From the NCBI GenBank assembly GCA_001179505.1, contig CDMY01000442.1:1-64000 (forward strand): 64,000 nt of DNA, read 5' to 3'. The position numbers and the translations under genes were made by a program. The notes under the pieces were generated by a model. The model had not been told where the DNA came from and did not search any database. It worked only from the letters and a program-made list of their open reading frames with translations. Below are positions 1 to 11,166 of this stretch, in pieces. The DNA comes from Vitrella brassicaformis CCMP3155 (taxonomy: Eukaryota > Protista > Chromerida). How positions within the stretch are numbered: the first letter of the stretch is position 1; every line of letters starts with the position of its first letter.

Positions 1-692
1 CTCCACAAAATCCACAGACCTTACGTTGCATTGACTTAATCCTTTATCCGGGACTGACCGCCCGGCAGATCCTCTCTTCACCATTCTCCCCGACTCTCTC
101 CCACCTATTCTTACAAAGACAATGCAGGAGAATGATGGTGGTTCTCTGCATGAAGCGATCGGTGGTTCATACGGCCATGCTAGGGAGGCTACAGAGAGCC
201 CTCAGAAGCCCTAGGGCCATGGCAAGTCCAGAGTGAGTGGATAGACGGACAGCCACTCACCATCAGTGTCAAAGTTCAGAAAGCCAGAGATAGAAGGCAA
301 GAGACCATCACTAAGCAGTGTTTCTGTTGGTTCAGGCAGGGGTTGTCGCAGGCAGCTGCCCCTCTCGGGCGCCCTTACTTCTGGGTTTGTCTCGTCTGCT
401 TGATCCTTTTGATCCTGGAGGCCATGCGCCGGTACCAGCCAGTTCTTTCTTTGTCTTTGCCACAGAGGCATCCCGCTCGCACCTGCAGAGGTTCCCTCCT
501 GTTCGCAGCTCAATGCCGCCGTCCACTTCCCGTCCGGTACGCCGGGCAACCAATCCATCCTACACTCGCCGAGCCCTCCAATTGTTCTCACGGCTTCCCT
601 CTCAGGGAAATATTCCGTTATGACACCCCCAACTCACATGTCCCATTGTTTCGTACTGTTTTGCACTACGGAGGGCCTCCCTCCCTTTCTAG

Positions 693-1223
693 CGAAGCGT
701 TATTCATCAGAGAGGAGGATTTCGGGTGAGTCCATGCACTGAATTGAGTCACCCTGCAACAGCAAGGGCAGGTCGGAGGTGGAGGTGGACGCCACGGGGT
801 TTGAGAATATAGATGGGGTGGTTGAGGCCGTCTTTTTGCAGCAGCCCGGCCGCTACGCACCGTGAGGAATCAAGAAAGAGACACACACACCGAACGACGA
901 TTAACTGGCGTCTCTGATGGATATGTGTGTGGTGTGCTTGGCCTTTTTGTGCTGTGTCTGTCCTCTGGAGGCGGTTCCCGGGGGAGAGCAAGGGGTACGA
1001 CGGCGACTTCTGGGAAGCGGCCCCTTCCTGGCTGCGTCCAGAGATGCTGAGTGAGAACTTCGTGCCGATCGCCCAAATCGTTCACGTCGTTCATGAGCGT
1101 GAGCATGACGAAGATGGCGGCGAAGCCCCAAAGCCTCAGCCCGGGAGGCCAGTGGACCCATCTCGTTCACTGTTCGCGGTTCGTGCTGCTGTGGCTCTCT
1201 GTGCCCATGTCCTTACAACATGA
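693..1223 (+). CDS. Spliced coding fragment of an unknown gene (3' part, or a pseudogene)
   Basis: GT-AG introns 726-772 and 862-970 join three segments in frame: EALFIREEDFGKGRSEVEVDATGFENIDGVVEAVFLQQPGRYAPRFPGESKGYDGDFWEAAPSWLRPEMLSENF...VLTT*. No recognisable domain and the start is not established. Confidence 0.35.
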
Positions 1224-2228
1224 ACACGTCCTGTGGGGGTGCGGTGCACGGGTGGCGTCGGTGGACGTGCTGGGGTGATGAGCAACGGTTTGGCGATAGC
1301 AAGCGAAGCTGCGATAGAGGTGCCTGTGCGGTGCAGTGACTGTCGTCTGGTCCCACCGTGTCTCTCGTCTGGTCCCACCGTGTCTTTCTCTTGCTGGGAA
1401 TCAATGTGATGGATCGATCCATGTTATGTATGTTGACGGGGTGATCTGCGTGTGCGTACGCGATGGAGGAGACATGTGGAGGGTTCGCCTGCCTAGGCGC
1501 GCTGGATGGGTCGGATCCGTGTGCATCTGCATGTGCCTGTGCCTGTGTGCGACGGGATGAGATGAGATGCCGGCCGGACTATGAGACACGTGACGCGAAT
1601 CCATGCCGTGAATGCAATGCAGACGATGTTGCGTACCATTACGTACGTACGTGTGTTGCGCAACTTCACGCAGCGCAGTGCTACGCAGTGGACGGACAGT
1701 CAGGTTCACACAAATGCACACACGCAGGGAAGGACAAATGGAGATGTATATAGAGACAAACGAGGCAGCGCCAGTACAGAAAAGGGCAGGATACACTCAG
1801 CTAACACACACACAAACACACACACACAAAACACGAAAGGAAGTCGCCGCGGGAAGTTGCGGCAGCCATGCGCAGCTCTGAGTAACAGGTGCTCATGCGA
1901 TACAGACAGATGTAGAGCGCCCGCCCCTCACCCCGTCTGTCTGTCTGTCTCTCTGTCAAGCCCCGGCTTTTGGTCGCTCGGGCGGTCTGTGGCTGGAAAA
2001 TAATGCAGGCGTGCAATGGGGTGGGGACATACACAGTCGTCGGTACGATTACAGTGCCCTTCAATTGCACCCACGTCCTTTGTGCGTGTGTGTGTAGTGC
2101 AGACATGGCGTAATGGTGCCTTCCTCTCTGAGTGTGTCGCATCTATGTGACTGATCTTCGCCAGCTGCGCATTGGTCGTATCCATCCACCATCCATTACT
2201 AACTCAGCTCAGCACGCCGGCAAGTTGA

Positions 2229-2409
2229 ACGAATTGGCAAAAGACAACGTCGGATCAGCTGAATGTCACACACGGCGTGCCAAAAGGCAGGCTGCTGGGT
2301 GTCTCCTGCCTCTGTTGTCGACTTTTGCTAGGGGTATAGCACTGCCGCGGCAGATCATCACGAACTTGGCAAAAGACAACGGCGTGCCAAAAGGCAGGCT
2401 GCTGCGTGT
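2229..2409. repeat. Short imperfect direct duplication upstream of the PH-domain gene
   Basis: TTGGCAAAAGACAACG...GCGTGCCAAAAGGCAGGCTGCTG occurs at about 2234-2297 and 2366-2404. The second copy lacks 25 nt of internal sequence. Confidence 0.85.
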
Positions 2410-2580
2410 TCTTTCTCCTTGTCTTGTCCGCGCGGCCTCTGGACGGCTGCGAAAGGCGGACCCCCATCAGCGATTCAGCCATCCGCTGCCGGCGGCTGTA
2501 AACTTGCTGTAAACTCCTAGGGCCTCTTTGGTATTCAAACACCTCGGGGCGATATACGCAGAGGGGGGGCGGCCTGCGTG

Positions 2581-5500
2581 ATGGCACCAGGATTCCGAGA
2601 GACCGGCAACCCCGATGATCTGACGCCAGAGGAGTGGACCGAAATGCAGCAGGAAGCCGAGAAGGAGAGAGAGAAGGAGAAGGCACGCCAGGAGCAGCGT
2701 GACCGCGAGGATAGGGAGGCCGACTTACAGCCGACCCCGGCCCTCGAGTGCTTCCCGCAGCAGTTTGCTCGCCTCTATCGCTCCCGCAAGGCCATGCCCA
2801 TAGACAGACCTGAAACGCTGCCCGCACAGGTACTGTACTACGTTTGCACATGAAAGAGCACACTCAGCCACGTGATGATGTTTTTTTTTTCGTGTGTGCG
2901 GCCACACATGGATGGATGGATGGATGGTGCAATTAATAAGGTGACGGATGGGTTCCAGCACTGGCAGCCGGACGACCGGACGGGGACGATGTTCATGTAC
3001 ACGCCCGGCACGGGCATGTGGCAGGAATACTGGTTTCACCTCATAGGTGGGGGAGAGAGAAAGAGAGAAAAGAGAGGCGTCTGGTCAGATACATATAGAT
3101 AGCGGGCGGGATGTGTGTGCTGTGTTGTGCTATGTTGGGCTGTGTTGTGCTGGTCTTGGTTGCTCAGATCACTGTTTGTTCTTTGCTGAGAGCGAGGAGG
3201 CCCACTACCCGCTGGGCGTGCTGCTGGTGGACAATTGCGCCATCTGTCCGACGGACATCAACGCGCAGTGGGACCACAACACACAGACACTCGAACACGT
3301 ACGATGGGACGCACCAACGCGCACCATCACAACATACAAGAGACCAGAACACGTCTTCTCTTCTCCCCTGCCCGCCACTGCAGCCATTCGAGTATTCCTC
3401 TCCGCTAGCCCACATCGGCCTCGCCCCCCCGGCCAAGCCGCCCACACCCATCCTCCTCTGCCTCATATCAGAGGGCAAGAGGAAGCCGCTGGCCCACGAG
3501 CTGTACTGCGCGATGCGTGACGGTCAGGTGGGGGAGGAGGAGAAGGGCCGCGTCAACGACAGCATGGCGGCCACCCACGCCACGGCGACGGTCGGGCTGG
3601 AGAGTTTGGCGGATGAGGGGGACGGCACGCTCGTGTGGTTGGCGTTCAGGCGGGTGGAGACTAGGTCAGATGGACCGACCGCTGGATGGATGGGTAGGGT
3701 GGATGGATGCATGGATGGGTGTGATGTGTTGTGTTGTGTTGTGTGTAGGGATTGGTGGCAGGACGAGATAGCGAATTGTAGCCGTGTGCATCAGGAGTTT
3801 GAGTGGCGGTGGCTCATCCGACTCGCCGACCAGAGATACAACCAAATGAAGGAGGTGACCAACCAACCGCGGACTTGGAGGGAAGGAAGAAATACACATG
3901 CTCACTTCCGTGTGTATCCATTTATCTGGCCAGTACGAGGATCAGGTAGCCACCCTGACGAAAGAGGTAGCTGCCCTCAAGACACAGGTGGGTCACATTT
4001 TCCCTCTCACCCATCCATCTATCCATCCATCCATCCATCCCCGGCACGTTCCTCATGTGTGTCCGTCATGAGTGTGTGCAGACGTTGCTGCCCTTCCACG
4101 ACGCTCTGACCAACCGGCAGCAGCTGGCCAAACTGGCAGAGGTCAGTGGGCGGGCTAGGCCAACAATGAAGGTCTGTGTGTGTGTATGGTTCTGCTGTTT
4201 GGCTTGGTCGTGGTCAGGCCCTCAAGACGCATGGGTTGACGCTGGATGTCGTGAGCCTCGACGAGGCCTCACCGCACCACCAGAAAAAGGATATGCAGCT
4301 GTACCCACACGCAGGTCCATACACTCACACACAGAGGGCACAGCCCTTGCTGCATCGTCTCCTTCCTTCAGGCATGTCGCTCCCCCGCCACTCGCCCGTC
4401 CACTCGGCTCACGGCACCTCGCCCGTCGAGAGTCCGCCGCAGATTCTCCCCAGCAAACAGACGCAGCTGACGCGGCCACATTTACCCACGACAAAGCCAC
4501 ACGGATCCCCCCACCTCATCAAGCCACCGAATCCTGTGCCGGCCGTCGGTCGAGTCAAGAAGGGTCCTGCTGGTGGTGCCTCCGGTGGTGGTCATGTGGG
4601 CGTGATGACGATGATGGGGGAAGGTGGGGTGCAGAGGTCCAAGACGGGCCCTGAGACTGCGGGGAGCAAGGGGCGTGCCAAGGGAGATGATACTGCTGGA
4701 CGAGGTGGGTCGATAAACAGGCCGCTAATCACGTCACCTTCTCCACCACCATGTGTGTGTCGTATGGCTGTGTCAGCTGAGGTGCCCATTGAGAGCAAGC
4801 CACTGCTCGAGGAAGCCCCCCCCTCATACACATACGAGCTGCCGAGCCTCAAGGTGCTGCAAGACTCCCAGAGCCTCCCACACCTCTCATTCAGGCGACC
4901 CACCACTACCAGCACCAGCAACACTGCTGCCAGGGACGAGCAGGAGCCCTCAACCGGCATAGAGGAGACACTGGGCGGGGCCGAGGGAGAGACGGAGGAC
5001 AGAGAGGAGGAGGGGGCTGACGCCACGTCGACCAAGCCCCACAAGGAGACACATCTGATCACCGTGCAGCACAAACACCACCCGCCGGCGGTGCCACACA
5101 GCAAGCCCAAGAAGCCCAACGTGATGCCACGGGGCCACGGCCACCCCGCCGACGTGCACGTCACCCCATCGCACCTCCCTACAGACCGTTTTAGCATACC
5201 CCCCTCCTCCATCAGCAGCAACAGCAAGGGCGGGCCAGGGGCGGCGGCGGCGGCGGCGAGCATCAGCAGCAGCTCCCGCCTTCATGCAGGCCTGGCACCC
5301 ACTGTGCCCCCCTTACCCAGATCAGAGCTAATAGCACGGGCCGAGAAGGTGCTGGGTCAGCAGGGGGTGAGGCCCAAGGGATCGCTGGTAGGTGGTGTTG
5401 GTGTGGGCAGCGGGAGCAGCGCTAGAGAGGGTATCCATGCTTTTGTGGGGGCGGTGGGGGAGGTGGGCCGGGGGCTGACTGCGAAGGCTTACGGCATTCT

Positions 5501-5747
5501 GCCGCAGAGGCCGCTGCCCTCGCAGCCTCTACGGATGGGGCTCGAGGGGCGCAACGACACACCCACTAGCACTACCCAGGTACACGCGCCAGTGAATGCA
5601 GCAGGATCAGGTGTGTGTGGATGTGTCTGTGTGTGGATATGTGTGTGCGTGTGTTTCTCAGTTGCATCACCGTGTGCACGGCACACCTGGCGGGAGCCAT
5701 CGCGATATCAAGAAACTATGACTGACATGACTGATACGACCCATTAA
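2581..5747 (+). CDS. PH-domain protein with coiled coil and long low-complexity C-terminus (multi-exon)
   Basis: Spliced exons give GTMFMYTPGTGMWQEYWFHLIDHCLFFAESEEAHYPLGVLLVDNCAI (PH strands b1-b4 pattern) and a C-terminal helix with WWQDEI. A heptad segment YEDQVATLTKEVAALKTQ follows, then a P/S/H-rich tail. The 3' end is approximate. Confidence 0.65.
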
Positions 5748-5934
5748 TCAGCGGATGGGCGGATGTTTAGCCCAGGGTGGGGAGAGTAGTGCTTTCGTGG
5801 TGTGCACGATTGACTGACTTGCATATCGGAGTGGGGGTGAGGATTCGGAGGGGAAGGGACTTGGTGTGTGTACCGTAGCTAGCTAGATCAATTAACGGAT
5901 ACATCCATACATATGGGCGGATGCATGCATACAG

Positions 5935-6866
5935 TCACCTCACCGTCACCACCGACTCACTCGCGCCTGCACAAAGGCACTTGCTATCGACACAGACAAG
6001 GTGGTAGTCCGGGGGCTCACCCATCGACGAAGCGCAGAACGACAACAACATTGAGACGGTAGAGGTCACCAACACACAGACAGGGTCTCGTGCGGCCGTT
6101 CCATCAGCGCAGAGCTTGTCGCTGCCTCTCCCTCTCCCTCCCCTCATCCTCATCGCCCGCCCCCGTCAGGTGTGCCGTCATCAGCCGCACCTTCCGCCCA
6201 CTCTTGTCGATGGTGTCCAGCTTCTCCTGCGCCTTCTTGACCTCGTCGCGGTCCATGCGGTCGTTGGTGCGCACGTGGCTCTCCAGCAACGCCCCCAAAC
6301 AAGAGGTATTCGGACGCAGCATCTGAATGAATGAGCTCACAGACAGCAAACCAAGGAAACGGTGAGGAAACAAACTGACTGGTGCGTAAGTGTCGTTGGC
6401 GTACCCGATTAGACGGTAAGGGTCTCTCCTTCTTCTCGTGCCTCCTACCTGCACACACACACAATCACACACAACGCGCACAGGCACATGCAGGCGCAAT
6501 TCATGCGCTCTGCGTGTGGTGCTTCCGTGATCTCACCCCACCTGGCCTTTCCCGTCTCCTGTCATCGTCTTCCAGAGACCTCGAACGTGACCTCGAGCGC
6601 CTCCTGTAGTGTCCCCGTCCCTTGACCTCCCTCCTCCGCCCTTCATCACCCGATGATGATGAGCTCGAGCTGCCGCTGCTGTCACTCGACGAGTGCCGCC
6701 TTCGAGCGCCGCGGCCGCGGCCGTCATTGTCCGAGTCGTCAGAGGTGTAGCGGGGAGGCTTGTGTGGTCCGGCATCTGCATCGCCTGACTTGGATGATGG
6801 TTTCTTCCCATCGTCACGGTCAATGTAGACATGGCGAGCGCTCTCGGATCTGTTCACGTCCACCAT
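5935..6866 (-). CDS. Small Arg/Ser/Asp-rich basic protein, possibly nuclear or splicing-associated
   Basis: ATG at 6866. Exon 1 encodes SSSDSSGSSSSSSSG and RRRSRSRSRS. It splices to RRHEKKERPLPSNR and MLRPNTSCLGALLESHVRTNDRMDRDEVKKAQEKLD. The last exon is ambiguous (stop at 6104 or near 5935). Confidence 0.55.
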
Positions 6867-7054
6867 CTTGGGAGAAACGTCGAAGCAGCAGCAGCGGTTT
6901 CAGGGAGCACCCTAGAACAAAAGCGAGCTCGAAGGTCTGGAAGCCAAGCTCTGGAAGAGGAGAGGCAGCCGAAGGCCAGAAGAGGAATGGCCTTTTAACT
7001 AAGCGAGTGCTGCTCCCCGTCCCTGTCCTTTGGCTCTTGTATGTTGGGAGATCA

Positions 7055-8405
7055 ATGTCGGTGCCTCAAAGTGCGCACAACGGAGGGTACGCACAGCCGC
7101 CGCGTCCTGGAGAGATGGCCAACCCCATGACGACAGCCTACCCGCAGCATCACCATCCCCAGCAGCTGATGTCCTATCCCCTCACTCACGCACACCACCC
7201 CTCCAACCAGCAGCAGCAGCCAGCCTACCCACACCCACAGCCACAACCGCACCCATACCCGACCAGCGAGATGGCAGGGCCAGGAGGGGGGTTCGCCGGC
7301 TACCCAGGCACAGCAATGGACATGCGAGGTGCCCCTCCCGGCGGTGTCACAGGAGGAGGCGGTCAAGGACAGCCCTTGAACCACTACCCGGCAGGCTCGC
7401 CGCCACCCAACGCCACCGCCACGGCTGCCATGCCTGGCGGTCCCCCAGCCGTGGTCATGTACCCGCCCACGGCCGCCATCCAGATGGGTGGCCACGGCCA
7501 GCCGGGCGGACCACCTACCTCAGCGACCATCCCGGCACACCTGCTCAACCAGGTGCAGCAGATGCAGCACATGCAGCTGCTGCACCAGGCCATCGCCGCA
7601 TCGGCAGCAGCGGCGGGCATGCCCCTGCCGCCCAACGCCAACATGCTGCAGGCGGCCAGCGTGCTCCAGCAGCAGCAGATGATGGAGCAGATGGGCATAC
7701 CACAGCCACCGGCCACAGGAGGAGCAACATCGGCGGCAGTCCTACCGCCACCAGCCGAGTACACGAGCCTGCGCGAGGGGAGGCGGCCGGTCGTCAAGCA
7801 GCAGGCAACCAAGAGGGACAGCAGCGACAGGGGTGTGGGGCCGGGAGAGACGATGCCCAACGGCAACGGCAGTATGTGTAACGGCGAGGGGGACAGTGGT
7901 TTGTTGAGTGTGGTGTTGGACGGGCTGATGGCGCAGATCGCCAAGGAGCCCGTCGACAAACCCGACATAAGGTGGCCCTCAGAGGGGGACCACCCCGACG
8001 CATTCCCGGTAGGTAGGCCCTCATTCTATCTGTCTGTCTGTCACAGTATGGACGCCAAGCCTCATGGAATGTCCGTCTGTCTGTCTGTCTGTCTGTCATG
8101 TTGTGTTGTAGGTGCGTAACATATTTGGTGAGATTCCCGAGGGGGTGTTGGGGACATATCTCGGCACCATTCAGGTGAGCCAGTGAGCTCTGAGAGCATC
8201 TTATTTACTTACATAGACGGACGTTATGGTGTGTGTCGTGTCCACCCACCCAGGGTTTCCCCATCACAACCACGGGCATGCCGCCACCCCACCAGCTGCC
8301 GCAAGGAGGAGTGGCGCCACCGCCGCATGGCCACCACGGGGGACCAAACGCATGACGGAAGGACCGATCAGTGCAGGCAGGCAGGCAGGCAGACCAAGCC
8401 AATAA
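7055..8405 (+). CDS. Pro/Gln/Ala-rich low-complexity protein of unknown function
   Basis: Long exon 7055-8007 (MSVPQSAHNGGYAQPP...) ends in an ordered segment LLSVVLDGLMAQIAKEPVDKPDIRWP. Two further in-frame GT-AG exons follow (VRNIFGEIPEGVLGTYLGTIQ; GFPITTTGMPPPP...*). Confidence 0.6.
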
Positions 8406-10733
8406 GGCGAGACGAGGCGAGAGGATGCGTGTGTGATAATGATGGATGGATGGATGGATGCCGCTGATGTGGGCAGGCGAGGATTGTTTTCAGAGTGCGT
8501 GTGAGTGAGAAAGGGGGCGGGAGACTGTGGGGCAGGCAGGTAGGCAGGCTGGTTGGTTGTCTCTGGTGAAAGCATGCACACATCACCGTTGTGCGTGCCT
8601 TCGCTCGCTCGCCCGACCGACCGACCGACTTACTCGGCTCTCTTCTGCTAACTTCCAGACAGCAGCTGTTTGTGTGCCTGAGCGGCAGGCAGTGTGACTG
8701 TGTGACTGTGTCGTTCGGTGCGTGGGTGTGAGTCCGTGAGTGCATGCTCTTATGAGTGAGTGGTATGTGCGTGTGGACAGTGGCGAATCTGTTGATGCTG
8801 GTATGTACGGGAATTAGCTACCTTACGCATGAGATGGATGGATGGATGGATGGCGACGTTTTGACGTATGTGTTTCTGACTCATTCCTGCGTCCCTTTGT
8901 GAGTGAGTGTTTGGGAGGTGTGGTGGGCTGGCTCTCCTGGCCTTTTGTCCCCTGGCGGTCTGCGTGTGGCTTGATGGATGGATGGATGGATTGAAATTGT
9001 GCATGGTGCGTGCGTACATTTGTTGCTCTCTCTCCCTCTCTCTCTGTGGGTCGCTGGATGGGCCGATGGGCGTACACATAAGAATCCCCACTACCCCTAC
9101 TTACTTACACACAGACAGACAGACATACATACACGCACGCAAGCACCGTACACACCACACGTGCATCCGCATGTGCCCCCCATGGGATGTACCTACCTAC
9201 CATCCAGAGCAGAAAGACATGACTGATTCTATTCGGGTGTCTGTCTGTGTGTCTGCATCTGCCTGCCGGTGTGGCGTGCAATTCCCCGGCTTGCGTGGCC
9301 GGCCCCGTCCCGTGAGAGAGAATGTTTGGTGCCCCGTGCATGCCATGGGCATGGCATGCTTCTTGCTTGCTCGCTTCTATGACGTACCAAAACAACCCTA
9401 CTTACGAATGGCTGGGCTGGGCTGGCTTGACCTACCTACCTGGCTGGGTGTGCGTGTGGGTGTGGGTGTGGGTGCTGCTGTAGAGTACACACATCACGCT
9501 CCTCTCGTCTACACACATGACTTTTTCCACGTCGTGGCTGGCCGAGGTGGGTGAGTGCGGGAAGGGGAGGAAAGCAAGCAAGGTGAGCCAGGTTCGATTT
9601 ATGTCACCCCGCCCGCCTACCCACCAGCCCACACTCATCATATCAGCACAGCCACCCTCGCTTCTTTTCCGCGTGTGTGTGTCGTCGCTGTCTGGCCGGC
9701 TGACCGATCGCTCGACACAATCGCATGAGTGAGTGGCATGGTCCGACCCACCCCCGATTGTACGCCTGGCTGTTGTCTGTCTGTCTGTCTGTCTGGTAAC
9801 CAGCCCCCCCTGTGCTGTCCTCCTTGCTTACCCCGCTGCGACTCTTTTTCCCCAACTGCCTGCCTGCCTGTCTGCCTGTCTGCCTATCTGGAGGTCTTTT
9901 TCCGCAGAAGACCACTCACTCACTCCTCGCCCACTGTCTGAGTCATTCACTCACTGACTGGATGCTGGTACTGACTCTTGCTTGCTTGAAGGAACGAACG
10001 GCGTGTATTCTGTATATATTGCAGCAACACTGATGGATGGATGGATGGATCGGTGGATCGGTGGAAAGGGCCTTCATTTCTCGCTCTGGTGTGTGACTGT
10101 TGGCTTCGCTGGTGGTCAGTGTAGGGAGCGGTGAAGATGGTGAGGATGGCCAGCATCTGGACGGCCGGCGGGGTGGCTGGCTGGCTGGCTGGCTGGCCGA
10201 TCAACGAAGAAGGAGAGGAGGAAGGCGTTTGTGTGTGTTTGTGTCTGTCTCTCTTCTCATCCAAGTCAGCACACGATGGCACGGCAGACGGGCGGCAGAC
10301 GGGCAGACTGTCTATGCATGAGCTAACGATTGGTGCGTGCGTCTGCCTTCCTGCCTCGCTGCCTGCGCCACCTACCAATGTGTGTGTGTGTGTGTGTGTG
10401 TCTTTCTGTGTGTCTTTCTTCCGTGTGCTGTCTGTCCTGTGCTGCGCCGTGGACGGATGATGGGATGGGAAAGACAGACAAAGTGTGCCCAGCCCACCTG
10501 AGTGAGAGCATTCATTCATGTGTGCACAGTGTGTGAATGAATGAATGAATGAATGTGTTTTGTTGTTGTTGTTGATCATCGACGCGTGTTGGAATGCCTC
10601 CTCCCCTCCCTTGATCCCTTCGTCCCATCCCCTGCTTACGCGTGACGTGACACGTGTGTTCGTGTGTGCATTGACTGCAATGCATTGCATTCATGAAAAG
10701 CGATCTGACTGTCTCTCTGTCTGCTTGACAAGA

Positions 10734-11083
10734 CTTTCAGTAGCTGCGTTGGGTTCGAACTCGGGACAATTCGGATCACGCCACGAACTCCTCCGCCACT
10801 CAGATAACCGGTCTGAGCCGTAAGGTGCGCACTTCACCGCACTGACCCTGCTCAAACGTCAGGCCTCCTCACATTTGCACCTTCTGGCTCTCACCCAGTT
10901 GGCACATGCAAGTGGCTGACCTGCCCTCGAAACCCCTTCCGTACCATCCTCAAACACTCAACTCGGCCCCGACCCTGTGGCGGTATTGACTCGAGTGGCG
11001 CTTTCAGTAGCTGCGTTGGGTTCGAACTCGGGACAATTCGGATCACGACACGAACTCCTCAAACGTCAGGCCTCCTCACATTT
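10734..11083. repeat. Direct duplication in the ferlin upstream region (copy 1 at 10734-10876, copy 2 at 11001-11083)
   Basis: CTTTCAGTAGCTGCGTTGGGTTCGAACTCGGGACAATTCGGATCACG(C/A)CACGAACTCCTC plus AAACGTCAGGCCTCCTCACATTT is present twice. Copy 2 lacks the 60 nt at 10794-10853. Confidence 0.9.
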
Positions 11084-11166
11084 TATGAGCAAGGGGACGC
11101 CCCCATGTCTGTTTGAGACGCTGCGAGCTTCAAGTTGACTCGACAAAAAGAGGTTCTGACGGAAAG

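Noticed and set aside
1-690. Microsatellite-poor start of the window with ORFs 211-591 (-) and 343-729 (+), suspected transposon or viral relic
   Set aside because: No RT, integrase, transposase or gag motif, and no terminal repeats or TSD are visible. It cannot be assigned.
4592-5263. Long antisense ORFs (also 7384-7968, 26475-27380, 41812-42258)
   Set aside because: These are shadows of GC-rich sense-strand exons and have no independent domain or splice support.
8368-10690. ORFs of 100-250 aa rich in CVCV, HTHT, SIHP and MDGW
   Set aside because: They are translations of (GT)n, (CA)n and (GGAT)n microsatellites, which lack stop codons by construction.
10740-10765. tRNA gene suggested by GTAGCT...GG and GGTTCGAA words
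   Set aside because: The A- and B-box-like words are adjacent, with no anticodon arm or acceptor stem. Kept only as a low-confidence relic hypothesis.
10734-11083. CRISPR-like repeat-spacer pattern
   Set aside because: Only two copies of unequal length, eukaryotic context and no cas genes.
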